From: Bdellovibrionales bacterium
GTDB lineage: Bacteria > Bdellovibrionota > Bdellovibrionia > Bdellovibrionales > JAUICD01
DNA: 64,000 nucleotides
Assembly: GCA_965262715.1 (NCBI GenBank)
Contig: OZ253553.1
Coordinates: 1,952,001-2,016,000, forward strand
Reading direction: 5' to 3'
Shown here piece by piece: positions 51,770 through 61,962 of this stretch; positions within the stretch are counted from its first letter, which is position 1, and the number at the start of each line of letters is the position of its first letter. Position numbers and translations under genes: made by a program. The notes beneath the pieces were generated by a model. The model saw nothing but the letters and a program-made list of their open reading frames with translations. It was not told where the DNA came from and did not search any database.

Positions 51770-54415
51770 ATGAATAAATGGCCTGGCGCAAAATGGTGGA
51801 AATTTGACTTTCATACCCATACACCTGCTTCAAAGGATTTTAGAGACAAGGATGTAACACCTAAAGATTGGTTAAAGAGGTTTATGGAGGCAAAGATAGA
51901 CTGTGTAGCTATCACTGATCACAACAGTGGAGCATGGATAGATAAACTTAAAGAAGCATTACAAGAATTAAATAATAACCAACCTGATTTTTATCACCCT
52001 CTTTATTTATTTCCAGGAGTAGAAATTTCTGCTCATGGAGGTGTACATATTCTAGCTATCTTTGACCCAAGTAAAACCACATCTCATATAGATTCATTAT
52101 TAGGAGCTGTTGGCTACAATGGCACAAAAGGAGACAGTGATGCTGTGACAGAGAAGTCTTTAAATGAAGTCATTGATCTAGTGAAAAGACATAACGCTAT
52201 TCCTATTCCTGCTCATGTGGATAAAAACAAAGGCTTATTTAAAGAATTTAAAGGAACCACACTTCAACAAGTACTGACTAATAATAATGTCTATGCAATG
52301 GAATTATGTGATACCAGCTATTCAAAACCACAGATGTATAATGATAAGAAAGTACAATGGACAGAAGTTTGTGGTTCGGATACACACTTTAAACAACATG
52401 ATCATTTTGGTGATTTTACATGGATAAAGATGGATCAGCCTTCTATTGAAGGTTTAAGATTAGCATTGATGGATGGTAAGACATCTGTTAATCTTTTTAT
52501 GCAGGATAATCCAAACCGGCACTCTCAATTTATTATTGAAGAAGTAGCTATCAAAAATACTAGGTACATAGGGCAGTCTCAAAAACTAACCATTAATTTC
52601 AGTCCATTTTTAAATTCTATTATCGGCGGTCGAGGCAGTGGCAAGTCTACATTATTAGAGTTGATCCGCCTTTTATTAAGACGGGATAAAGAAATTCCAG
52701 ATCCTTTAAAGAAAGACAGTGAAAAATACTTTTCTAAAGGTGATAACAATCTATTACTTGATACCAGTGAATTATCTTTAATTTATCGTAAAAACGATCA
52801 TCGTTATCGTCTTAATTGGTCATTCAAAGCTAATAGTCCTTCATTAGAAATTTGGGAAGAGGATAGTTGGAAACTTGAACATGGAGTTATTACAACATTA
52901 TTTCCTGTATATATCTACAGTCAAAAACAAATTTTTGCCTTAGCACAAGAACCCGATGCTCTATTAAGAATTATTGATAAAGACTCTAGTGTAAAATACG
53001 AGGAGTTGAAAAAAAGACAGATTGATTTCTTGAACTCTTACAAAAGATTACAACAAATGAGAAAGGAATTAAGTGAGAAAGTTGCAGAAGAAAGCAAACT
53101 AAAGGGTTTGCTTAATGATGTAACTCGACAGATAGAACAAATAGAAAAATCTGGACATAAAGATATATTGCAAGCCTACCGCTTACGTCAAAAACAATTA
53201 TCAGTCATTAACGACTTAGAGAGATCATGGGAAAATAAAATTCTACAGCTTCAAGATTTAGATAAATCTATTTACTCACCTCATAACAAGGACATTTTTG
53301 ATGACCATAAAGATATCTTACAAGCTATTAATGATATCAACAAACAGTGGGTAGATCTTAATAAAAGACTAACTCTTTTAGAGCAAGAAGCAAAAGACAT
53401 TTTAAATACTTGGGAGCAAGAAAAAAATAGCTCATCATGGATGGAATCCTTACAACACAATGTAGATCAATATAAAAAAATAAAAAATCAGCTGGAACAA
53501 CAAAAGATTGATCCTGAAAAATACCCTAACCTATTAACATTACAAGGACACTACCAAAAAGAGCTTGATAAAATCAAGGGATATACTGAGTTAGCTGAAA
53601 AATACCATCAAGACAGTCAAAATATACTAAAAGAGCTTCAACAAAATAGGGAGCAATTGACAAAAAATAGAATTTCTTTCTTACAATCAATTTTGAAGGG
53701 TAATTCATTTGTTCATATTGAGGTTAAACCTTTTGGCCAAAAATGGGAAGGAATAGAAAAAAGTTTACGTCAATTGTTACAATGTAAAGATAGTCGTTTT
53801 ATTGGAGATTTTGAGTTTTTAAAAAAGGAATATGGCAACAAGATCGATAAACAAAAAGCTATTGAAGATTTAAAGAATAGATTCAAAGATATTTATCAAA
53901 AAACTGAAATCAATGTTCAAGACCAACGTTTTGCCCAATACATCCAAGGACTTCCACAAGAAACCATTAGTAACCTGATGTGTTGGTTCCCAAAAGATGG
54001 TTTAGATATCACTTTTGGAAAAAAACGAAAGAACATCCGACAAGGCTCTCCAGGTCAAAAAAGTGCTGCACTACTAGCATTTATTTTGTCTTATGGTGAT
54101 GAGCCATTGTTATTAGATCAGCCAGAAGACGATCTGGACAATGCATTGATTTATGATCTGATTGTAAAACAATTACGTCAAATCAAATCTCAAAGGCAAG
54201 TGATTGTAGTCACACATAATGCTAATATTGTTGTGAATGGTGATGCCGAAATGGTATTTCCTCTCACAGTTAGGAGCGGACAATCTATAATAGATCACTC
54301 TTCTAGCATTCAAGATTCTCAAATTAGAAAGAAAATATGCAATGTGTTGGAAGGTGGGCAAGAAGCTTTTAAACAAAGATATAAACGTATTCATTTGGAG
54401 CAAGACAATGTATAA
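51770..54415 (+). CDS. PHP phosphoesterase fused to SMC/ABC-type ATPase (TrlF/Ppl-like)
   Basis: DFHTHT, TDHN, GVEIS, PAH, GSDTH; GGRGSGKS, SPGQK, LLLDQPEDDLD, VVTHN; long coiled coil. Confidence 0.88.
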   Translation: MNKWPGAKWWKFDFHTHTPASKDFRDKDVTPKDWLKRFMEAKIDCVAITDHNSGAWIDKLKEALQELNNNQPDFYHPLYLFPGVEISAHGGVHILAIFDPSKTTSHIDSLLGAVGYNGTKGDSDAVTEKSLNEVIDLVKRHNAIPIPAHVDKNKGLFKEFKGTTLQQVLTNNNVYAMELCDTSYSKPQMYNDKKVQWTEVCGSDTHFKQHDHFGDFTWIKMDQPSIEGLRLALMDGKTSVNLFMQDNPNRHSQFIIEEVAIKNTRYIGQSQKLTINFSPFLNSIIGGRGSGKSTLLELIRLLLRRDKEIPDPLKKDSEKYFSKGDNNLLLDTSELSLIYRKNDHRYRLNWSFKANSPSLEIWEEDSWKLEHGVITTLFPVYIYSQKQIFALAQEPDALLRIIDKDSSVKYEELKKRQIDFLNSYKRLQQMRKELSEKVAEESKLKGLLNDVTRQIEQIEKSGHKDILQAYRLRQKQLSVINDLERSWENKILQLQDLDKSIYSPHNKDIFDDHKDILQAINDINKQWVDLNKRLTLLEQEAKDILNTWEQEKNSSSWMESLQHNVDQYKKIKNQLEQQKIDPEKYPNLLTLQGHYQKELDKIKGYTELAEKYHQDSQNILKELQQNREQLTKNRISFLQSILKGNSFVHIEVKPFGQKWEGIEKSLRQLLQCKDSRFIGDFEFLKKEYGNKIDKQKAIEDLKNRFKDIYQKTEINVQDQRFAQYIQGLPQETISNLMCWFPKDGLDITFGKKRKNIRQGSPGQKSAALLAFILSYGDEPLLLDQPEDDLDNALIYDLIVKQLRQIKSQRQVIVVTHNANIVVNGDAEMVFPLTVRSGQSIIDHSSSIQDSQIRKKICNVLEGGQEAFKQRYKRIHLEQDNV

Positions 54416-55622
54416 CACTCTATCTGAAATATTGGAAAAAATAACATTAGGTGAAGATTCTACTATTGAGTTTAAAGAAAGAATTTCTCACAAAGATAGC
54501 TTAGCAAATGAAATTGCTGCTTTTGCAAATACAAAAGGTGGAGTGATCCTTATTGGTATAGGAGATAACAAAGAAATTATTGGAATTAGTGAAAATGAGT
54601 TAGAATCATTTGAAAAAATAGTGATTGAAATTTGTCGAGATAGCATAGAACCAACTGTCAACATCTATACTGAAAAGCTACTTATTGAAAATAAAAATAT
54701 CTTAAAAATTGAAGTGTCACGTAGTCTTTTTGTCCACAAATCACCTCACGGTTACTTTAGACGACAAGGAAGTAGTAAGAGAGTAATGCCTACAGATCAG
54801 TTAGCTAGACTTATGCAGAGCCGTTCACAAGCACGTATTATAAGTTTTGATGAGCAGGCAGTTCCAAACACAGATGTGAATACATTAAATCAATCTCTAT
54901 ACATGAAATTTATTCCAAATAAAGATGATAAAATCAAATCACTCTATAAACGTCAATTATTACGAAAAGAAAATGGAAGTTACTGTGCTTCAGTTGCTGG
55001 TGTTTTAATGTGTTGTGATACACCTACAGAACATCTTTATCATAGTTTTATTCAAGCCGTTCATTATAGGGAAAAAATAAGAGATGCCAATTATCAAATT
55101 GATGCAAAAGACTTCAAAAACACATTAGATCGTCAAATTATTGAGGCTTTTAAATTTGTAGAAAGATATAATCAAGTTTCTGCAATCAAGATTGTTGGCA
55201 GAGAAGAAAGACCGCAATACAGTATGAAGGCTGTCTTTGAAGCCATTGTTAATGCTGTTGTGCATAGAGATTATTCTAAGCATAGTTCACATATACGTCT
55301 TTTTATGTTTTCTGATAGACTAGAAATTTACTCTCCTGGAGCATTAGCCAATACATTGACTATAGAAAACTTATCTGATAATTTAGCTACACGTAATGAA
55401 CTCTTATCACGTTTACTCTCTGAAATTACTTTAGATGATAACATCAACAAAACAGCCAATAGAAGATATTTTCTAGAACGTCGAGGTGAAGGAGTAGGTA
55501 TTATCCTTAATGAAAGCGAACAATTAAGTGGTAAAAAACCAATCTATGAAATGCTTGGTGAAGAATTAAAACTAACTATTTTTGCTGCCCAATCCCTACA
55601 AGATAACTCATCCCAAGTTTAA
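54408..55622 (+). CDS. AlbA_2 (Schlafen-like) domain protein with RecG-C/HATPase_c_4 region
   Basis: GEDSTIEFK, IAAFANTKGGVILIG, EAIVNAVVHRDY, DRLEIYSPG, RNELL, ERRGEG; ATG overlaps upstream stop. Confidence 0.85.
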   Translation: MYNTLSEILEKITLGEDSTIEFKERISHKDSLANEIAAFANTKGGVILIGIGDNKEIIGISENELESFEKIVIEICRDSIEPTVNIYTEKLLIENKNILKIEVSRSLFVHKSPHGYFRRQGSSKRVMPTDQLARLMQSRSQARIISFDEQAVPNTDVNTLNQSLYMKFIPNKDDKIKSLYKRQLLRKENGSYCASVAGVLMCCDTPTEHLYHSFIQAVHYREKIRDANYQIDAKDFKNTLDRQIIEAFKFVERYNQVSAIKIVGREERPQYSMKAVFEAIVNAVVHRDYSKHSSHIRLFMFSDRLEIYSPGALANTLTIENLSDNLATRNELLSRLLSEITLDDNINKTANRRYFLERRGEGVGIILNESEQLSGKKPIYEMLGEELKLTIFAAQSLQDNSSQV

Positions 55623-55668
55623 AGGTAAAATTGGCCTTGTTGCACAAGCAGCAAGTTTAATGAGCTAA

Positions 55669-55825
55669 GAGATTTGTGAAAGGCATCTTCCATAGGCCTT
55701 AGGCAACCCCCGTGCCTTGTATTTCTATTGTTTTGAGTTTTTATTATGGGATTAAAGTACTTTAAGAGATATTTATTCCCTAAGGCACTGGCCTAGTCCT
55801 ATTTCAGAAGTCTTTCACAAATCTC
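55669..55825 (-). ncRNA. Candidate structured RNA/repeat, copy 2 (homolog of 4546-4693)
   Basis: Perfect 14-bp terminal IR 55669-55682/55812-55825; shared 23-mer. Confidence 0.45.
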
Positions 55826-55880
55826 ATTCTTAAATCTTTATGGGATAATATCTTTTAAGAGTTTCATATATTTATTATTT

Positions 55881-57205
55881 GGTGGATTCAAGTTGCAAGT
55901 GCAACTCCTTGCATAGTTATTTAAAGCGGGTTAGAGGAATACTCTAATCAATCTCTTTAAATAATGAAAGGAGTATTCCATGAGCAATTACACTCATCTA
56001 ACCCAACATGAGAGATACCAGATTTTAGCTTTTTTGCAAAGTGGAAAATCAATAAGTTCAATTGCTACTCAGGTAGGTCGAGATAAAAGCACGATATATA
56101 GGGAGCTGAGTCGTAACAAAGGTTTGCGAGGTTATCGTGCTCAACAAGCCCATGAAAAAGCAGTCGATCGTCTTCAAAACTCTCATAGACATATAAAGAT
56201 AACACAAAAAGTCATTAATAAGCTTGAGAGGTTTCTTTGTGAACGTTGGAGTCCGGAACAAATATCCGGTTTTCTTAAAACAAAAGGTTTTTCTATAAGT
56301 CATGAGAGTATTTATCAACATATTCTGCGAGATAAGAAATCAGGAGGTGATCTCTACAAATTTTTAAGATGTCAGAAGAAACGCAAGAAGCGATATGGTA
56401 CAAGTAGGTTTGATAAAAGGGGTCAGATACAGAATAGAGTGAGTATTGATAAAAGACCTAAGATAGTAGATAAGAGGATTCGCATAGGAGACTGGGAAGG
56501 TGATTTAATGATAGGTAGACATCATAAAGGAGCTTTAGTCACACTGGTAGATAGATGTTCTAAGAAGACGAGGATTGTCAAAATAGAATCTAAGAGTTCT
56601 GAGGCAGTATTTCATGCTATTTCTAAAACTCTTAAAAGAGAGGTTGTTCATACAATGACTTTGGATAATGGTAAAGAGTTTTCGTGTCATGAGAAGATCA
56701 GCGAATATACCGGATGTAAAGTTTATTTTGCTCATCCTTACAGTTCATATCAGAGGGGTTTAAATGAGAACACGAATGGTTTAATCCGTCAGTATTTTCC
56801 AAAGAAGACAGATTTTAGAGAAATCACCTCTAAGGATGTAAAAAAGGTTGAGTTTCTTTTAAATCACCGCCCTCGAAAGAGTTTAGGTTTTCTAACTCCC
56901 AATGAGTTTCATAGACAGAAGATGATTTGTTGAAATCATTATCAATTCAAAATTACTTATCCTATATAACAGCTTTTTGTAAGTAAAAATTGATGTTTAT
57001 AGTAAAGGCAAGTTTTTCCGCAGAGCTTTAGCTCGAGGACTACTTGCCTTTACTATAAACATCAAAGTACATCTCTTCAAATAAAATAATTTACTGTAAT
57101 CTTTCACTATAATTAAAACTTTGTTGGAATATTAATCTTAAAATGATATAACTTTTAAAAATATCTATAACCGCAAAAGTGTTGCACTTGCGATTTGAAG
57201 TTACA
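55881..57205 (+). mobile_element. IS30-family insertion sequence
   Basis: 25-bp imperfect TIRs ending GCAAGTGCAAC (55881-55905, 57181-57205); TT on both flanks. Confidence 0.85.
55980..56933 (+). CDS. IS30-family transposase
   Basis: HTH (STIYRELSRN), WSPEQIS, GDWEGD, TLDNGKEF, RGLNENTNGLIRQYFPK. Confidence 0.95.
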   Translation: MSNYTHLTQHERYQILAFLQSGKSISSIATQVGRDKSTIYRELSRNKGLRGYRAQQAHEKAVDRLQNSHRHIKITQKVINKLERFLCERWSPEQISGFLKTKGFSISHESIYQHILRDKKSGGDLYKFLRCQKKRKKRYGTSRFDKRGQIQNRVSIDKRPKIVDKRIRIGDWEGDLMIGRHHKGALVTLVDRCSKKTRIVKIESKSSEAVFHAISKTLKREVVHTMTLDNGKEFSCHEKISEYTGCKVYFAHPYSSYQRGLNENTNGLIRQYFPKKTDFREITSKDVKKVEFLLNHRPRKSLGFLTPNEFHRQKMIC

Positions 57206-57233
57206 TTATATAAAACTTATACTGCTAATAGCA

Positions 57234-57725
57234 TTATCTATTATCCCAGATTTCTATAGTAGGATTACCTTCAATACTTTCAATAATTTCATATTCATCT
57301 GGAATACTGAGAAAATAAAGGAGTATCCTCCTATATTCCTCATCTGAAATATCTAATACTGGTGACGGACTATTTAATAATTCAACTAAACTGCTAATCG
57401 ACCATTTTATACCACGTTGTTGAGTAGTTTTTATATTAACAACAATTTGTTCAGCAATTTGAAGTCGAGCTTCTTCATCCAAGTCAAAATGTTCCGTTAT
57501 AGCAGAAAAAACTGCAAAGCTGTTATTGTTTTCTAGTGCGAGGGTTAGTGGCATAACTCCATCTGGACAAGGTGCGTTCATAGCTAATGGACCTTTAAGT
57601 TGAGCTTCTGACTCTACTTGGGGAGGTGTAGCTGACTGCCACCATAAGGGACTACATATATCTGCCCTAGCAAAACTGCCCATCATCATTAACCCTACAA
57701 TTAAAAAATATTTCATAAATTTCAT
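57234..57725 (-). CDS. Secreted hypothetical protein, short paralog
   Basis: Signal peptide ..GSFARA-DICS; GAAGGAG RBS; N-terminus homologous to 57905-58954. Confidence 0.7.
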   Translation of the reverse strand: MKFMKYFLIVGLMMMGSFARADICSPLWWQSATPPQVESEAQLKGPLAMNAPCPDGVMPLTLALENNNSFAVFSAITEHFDLDEEARLQIAEQIVVNIKTTQQRGIKWSISSLVELLNSPSPVLDISDEEYRRILLYFLSIPDEYEIIESIEGNPTIEIWDNR

Positions 57726-57904
57726 AATTTGCTCTCCTTCTTTCATTTTGACAAACAATATCAATATATATTTCGTAACTTAAAATTACATACTTATTTA
57801 TTATTCTAACAACAACAGTAAAAACCCTTATTTCAAAAAGGATTTTTACCATTATCTTCTACACATAACTTATTCTTAAAAAAAAAAATTTTCCTCATAA
57901 AAGC

Positions 57905-58954
57905 CTATCTATTAGATTGGGCTGTAACAATTTCATAGATGACCAACCTAGTGCGATACCTTTCTAACCTTTGATTTGGCGATTGTGATGACAAAGTATT
58001 ATTATATGCATTATATATCCAATCATCATTATCATATTTGCCAACGCTATTAAAACCAATAAGAAGTGTGCTTATTGTTTCTTTCATATCATCAAAGCTT
58101 ATTCCTACAGGATCCCTATCATCATGGTTTTTAAAATTTATATCAACATCATTGATTAAGAGCCTTTTTAGTATTCCATCAGCATCAGGAACATCAACAG
58201 TGTGTACTACATGATGTGCAGCGAAGTCAGCTCCCTGTGATGGTGAGTCAGGTCGGATATCCCTTGATATTCCATCGAAACTTACTAACAAATCCCCATA
58301 AGCTTGATGAAGCTGCATAGCCGCAATATGTTCAATTTGATGTTGAGTTTCTTCATCTACTTCATACTCATACCCTTTAGGAATATCAAAAAAATGAACT
58401 GGCGCATGTAAAACATAGGTAGGTGTTGATGATCCAGATTCTGCAGCTATCGATTCTACAGTTGATAACAAGTCTCCATAAGCTTGACGGAGCTGCATAC
58501 CTGCAATGTGTTCAATTTGATATCGAATGTTTTCATCTAAACTATCTAGTTCATATTCATCAGGAATATCAATAAACCGGACTGGTACATGCACAACAGA
58601 AGCAGATGATCTTCCAATTATCGATCCCGCATCTGATAACAACCCTTCATAAGCTTGACGAAGCCTTCTATCTGCAAAATGTTGAACTTGATGTCGGGTT
58701 TCTTCATTTAAATCAAAATGTTCCATTATAACATTAAAAGTTAAAGGGTCTTCATTATTTTCTAATGCTAAGATCATTGGCAAAATTCCATTTGGACAAG
58801 GTACGTTCATAGCTAATCTACCTCTAAGTTGAACTTCGAATTCTATCTCAAAATCTTTAACCGACTGCCACCATAAGCCACTACATACATCTGCCCTGGC
58901 AAAACTGCCTATCATCATTAATCCTATAATCAAAAGATATCTCATAAACTTCAT
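57905..58954 (-). CDS. Secreted hypothetical protein with three internal repeats
   Basis: Signal peptide; three E..HQ..H.A..L.QAY..LL units. Confidence 0.7.
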   Translation of the reverse strand: MKFMRYLLIIGLMMIGSFARADVCSGLWWQSVKDFEIEFEVQLRGRLAMNVPCPNGILPMILALENNEDPLTFNVIMEHFDLNEETRHQVQHFADRRLRQAYEGLLSDAGSIIGRSSASVVHVPVRFIDIPDEYELDSLDENIRYQIEHIAGMQLRQAYGDLLSTVESIAAESGSSTPTYVLHAPVHFFDIPKGYEYEVDEETQHQIEHIAAMQLHQAYGDLLVSFDGISRDIRPDSPSQGADFAAHHVVHTVDVPDADGILKRLLINDVDINFKNHDDRDPVGISFDDMKETISTLLIGFNSVGKYDNDDWIYNAYNNTLSSQSPNQRLERYRTRLVIYEIVTAQSNR

Positions 58955-59357
58955 AATTTGCTCTCCTTCTTTCATTTTGCAAATAATACAAAAAATCTAC
59001 AAACCTTGTCAAATAAAAACCTACAAAGCTACCCTTTTTACAAAATTCCTATCACAAACATGAAATAATTACACAAAATAAAGCTTAGCATATGAAATAA
59101 TTACACAAAGCAAAAACTAATTGGATTTACTTAAAGCATTGTTATAAAGATAATAGTTCTTTAATTTTATTTTGAGATCATTCATTTGGAAAAAAGCATT
59201 AACCTTTTAATATCATTGATTTTTAAAAATATTTGTATTAAAAGTCATATTTATTTTTGTAAGATCAATTAAGATATTTTAATTTACTTTCTCTTAGGCT
59301 ATTTGAAGTTAAAACGTGAAAGAATAAGAGTTTATGTCAATTTCGAGTTAAAATGAA

Positions 59358-59499
59358 TAGAAGCCCTCTTATAAAATAATATTTAAGAAGTCGAATTGCA
59401 AAATGCAAAATATTATTTTATAAGATGGCTTCTAGTCAAAATGGACGGACTCTCTTAAAAGCGTGTATACGCACTTTTAAGAGAGTCCGTCCATTTTGA
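59358..59499. other. Two back-to-back long inverted repeats
   Basis: 59358-59384/59408-59434 near-perfect; 59436-59461/59474-59499 perfect 26 bp. Confidence 0.8.
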
Positions 59500-59574
59500 G
59501 TGAGACAGTCCTTTTATATAGAGCCTGAACTAAAAGGTTGTTTTGAAAATGTGAGCACAGGAAGTAATTTTGAG

Positions 59575-61956
59575 ATGAGTTCTAAGTTCAAGCTGTTTTT
59601 AATATTTTTATGTCTCATTGGTTGCTCTCCAGTATTTGCAAAAGATAAACCAGCAGCATGCGCTACAGCTCTGATGCCTTATGTAGGTTTATTCTTAAAA
59701 CCTAATAACAGCGAATTACAACAAGCAGTCTCTGTCTTATTAGAACAATCAGAAGAAGTAGGTGACCTTTTATTAGACCTCAATCAAAATCCCTCGAAAA
59801 GTGAGGTTTTAAATAATCATGTTGACAGGATCTATAAATTAAATCCTCAATCTGCTTTTATTTTAACTGCTGCTATTTTAAAAGCTTCATTAACAGATGT
59901 GAATAAAGAGATAATCAAAAAAACGTGGGATGAATTTATAAGCAGTTCAAAGGCTTCTGAAGAAGTGCAAAGAGCCATAAATCAAGCTTTTAAAAGACAA
60001 CCAACAAATAATGAAAGCACACCTCATAATCCTTATATAGATTCCCTTTCTTTGCGAACATTACTTTTACTAATAGAAGATCCAAATTATCAAAGTATAT
60101 TGGTATTGAAAGATAAAAATGAAACCATAAGTGGATATACTTCGTACAAACCTGGTGATTCTGAAGTTTTAAGTTATGTGCATTTGAATAACGCTTACAT
60201 CTTTTTTGAAACCTATAAACGTGTCTATGTTTTTCAAGTTCAACCTGAGAGTCATTTATCAACCAATGTTCTTGTATTTAATAAAAAGCAACCTAATCTC
60301 ATAGCTAATAACCTATACCATGAATATTTTGAAGAAATACAACATTATTTTAATTCTTCATATACCGAAATGAATGAAGAACTTATAGATAATGTTCTAG
60401 ATAATTTAGATATGATAACAACCACTGTTAAAAAATCAACCTTTTTTGAAAGATTTATTTACCGTCTTACAAGAATTCGAGATGCTTTTGAAATATCATC
60501 TCATTCAATCATCGACAATGCTATTACTAATTATAATGCTACAAAGAATGACTTTCAAGTTTCAACACTTTTAAAGATAGCTCATTATTTAAGAGTCAAA
60601 TTGTCAATTCTATTAAGTGATGAAGACTTGGTCCCTTATGCTCACATTGATCAAAGTAGACCTCCTTTATCAGATGAGTATATATATGAAGTAGAAAGAA
60701 ATATCAAAATAAAACTTAGAGATGCAATCAGAAAGTCTGACCTTACTTTATCAGATTTGGAAAATAAAAGTGGAGTATCTCTATCAATCCTTAACAAGAT
60801 ATTAGCAAGCTCATTTATTCCAAAATATTTAGTAATGAAAAATATTACAGATGTTTTAGGGATTGATATTAATGAATTTTTAATAAAAATTGTAAATGAT
60901 GTTCTAAAAAATATGCTACAACATCACTTTAACAACAACCAAGATCAACAAAATGAAGCAGCTATCTTAGAGCGTATTGGAAATCGTATTAAACAAGCGA
61001 TGTTTTTGGCAGGGTTTGATTTAAAAACAAGATTAACAGAAGTATTAGGAGTCCGCATAGATAATCTAGGTAAAGTGAATCCGCGATTTAGAGTTCTATT
61101 AACAACATCTTATGTAACAGGAATAAACCTATCAGTTCTAGTTGGTGATGCAAACTTAGAAGATCAAATTGACCCAAGCCTTGCAAGACACACTGAGATG
61201 CCAGAAGACTATTTTAGAAAAGCAAGGATCCTTATAATCTATTATATCAAAAAAAGAATGGTAGAATTAAATCTCTCCATAAGAGATCTTGCCTCTTTAA
61301 ATAGCGGGCTTAAACAAGATACAATACGCACATTGTTTAATGGAAGGCAAACCCCAGGCTATCTTTTACTTTCTAAAATAGCGGATACTTTAAAAACCAC
61401 ACTATCTGATCTACTACAAAATTTAGAAGAAGATATTGAACAATTTAACAGTTTAGATTTAAATATTGAAGTTCCTGCCTCTAATAGAAACAATATAACG
61501 GAGAGCGCTCTAAACGAACTTAATCGTTGGAGACAACGTATAATTCAAGCTGTAGAATTGAGTCGTATACCATCAAAGAGATTAGACAAAGAATTCAAGA
61601 TAAGACTCAAAACTTTCAGAGAAAAGAGACTAGCCACCCTTTTTAAAGCGGCTCATCTTGCAGGAATTACTGTATCAGAGCTTTTAGGTCATAGAGATCT
61701 TTCACAATTAATAAGTCCTCATCGTGATATAAAAGCAATAAGACCATTATCCGACTCTCAAATTAAAAGAAAGGTACATCAGTTTAGTCAAAATATTACA
61801 ATTCGAATGGAGAATGTTTATGGACATCCTTTACCTCCACATATTAGAAATCACATATCTACAGTATATGACAGCCTACTGGTTTCATCTTCTCGTATAA
61901 TACGATTATCTGAAGAGCTGAATGTAGATCCTGTGCATTTTTTTGCAGATTTATAA
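59575..61956 (+). CDS. Protein with signal peptide and tandem XRE-type HTH-like repeats
   Basis: MSSKFKLFLIFLCLIGCSPVFA; repeated LTLSDLENKSGVS.., LSIRDLAS..P...LLSKIADTL, TL.K.A..L...LS.LL. Confidence 0.65.
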   Translation: MSSKFKLFLIFLCLIGCSPVFAKDKPAACATALMPYVGLFLKPNNSELQQAVSVLLEQSEEVGDLLLDLNQNPSKSEVLNNHVDRIYKLNPQSAFILTAAILKASLTDVNKEIIKKTWDEFISSSKASEEVQRAINQAFKRQPTNNESTPHNPYIDSLSLRTLLLLIEDPNYQSILVLKDKNETISGYTSYKPGDSEVLSYVHLNNAYIFFETYKRVYVFQVQPESHLSTNVLVFNKKQPNLIANNLYHEYFEEIQHYFNSSYTEMNEELIDNVLDNLDMITTTVKKSTFFERFIYRLTRIRDAFEISSHSIIDNAITNYNATKNDFQVSTLLKIAHYLRVKLSILLSDEDLVPYAHIDQSRPPLSDEYIYEVERNIKIKLRDAIRKSDLTLSDLENKSGVSLSILNKILASSFIPKYLVMKNITDVLGIDINEFLIKIVNDVLKNMLQHHFNNNQDQQNEAAILERIGNRIKQAMFLAGFDLKTRLTEVLGVRIDNLGKVNPRFRVLLTTSYVTGINLSVLVGDANLEDQIDPSLARHTEMPEDYFRKARILIIYYIKKRMVELNLSIRDLASLNSGLKQDTIRTLFNGRQTPGYLLLSKIADTLKTTLSDLLQNLEEDIEQFNSLDLNIEVPASNRNNITESALNELNRWRQRIIQAVELSRIPSKRLDKEFKIRLKTFREKRLATLFKAAHLAGITVSELLGHRDLSQLISPHRDIKAIRPLSDSQIKRKVHQFSQNITIRMENVYGHPLPPHIRNHISTVYDSLLVSSSRIIRLSEELNVDPVHFFADL

Positions 61957-61962
61957 CTCCTC

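Noticed and set aside
54342..54407. Longer N-terminus of the AlbA_2 ORF
   Set aside because: Overlaps the upstream gene by 74 nt; ATG 54408 gives a typical domain start with translational coupling
59500..59574. N-terminal extension of the multi-HTH ORF
   Set aside because: Starts at the edge of the palindrome; ATG 59575 has an AGGAAG RBS-like site and begins the signal peptide
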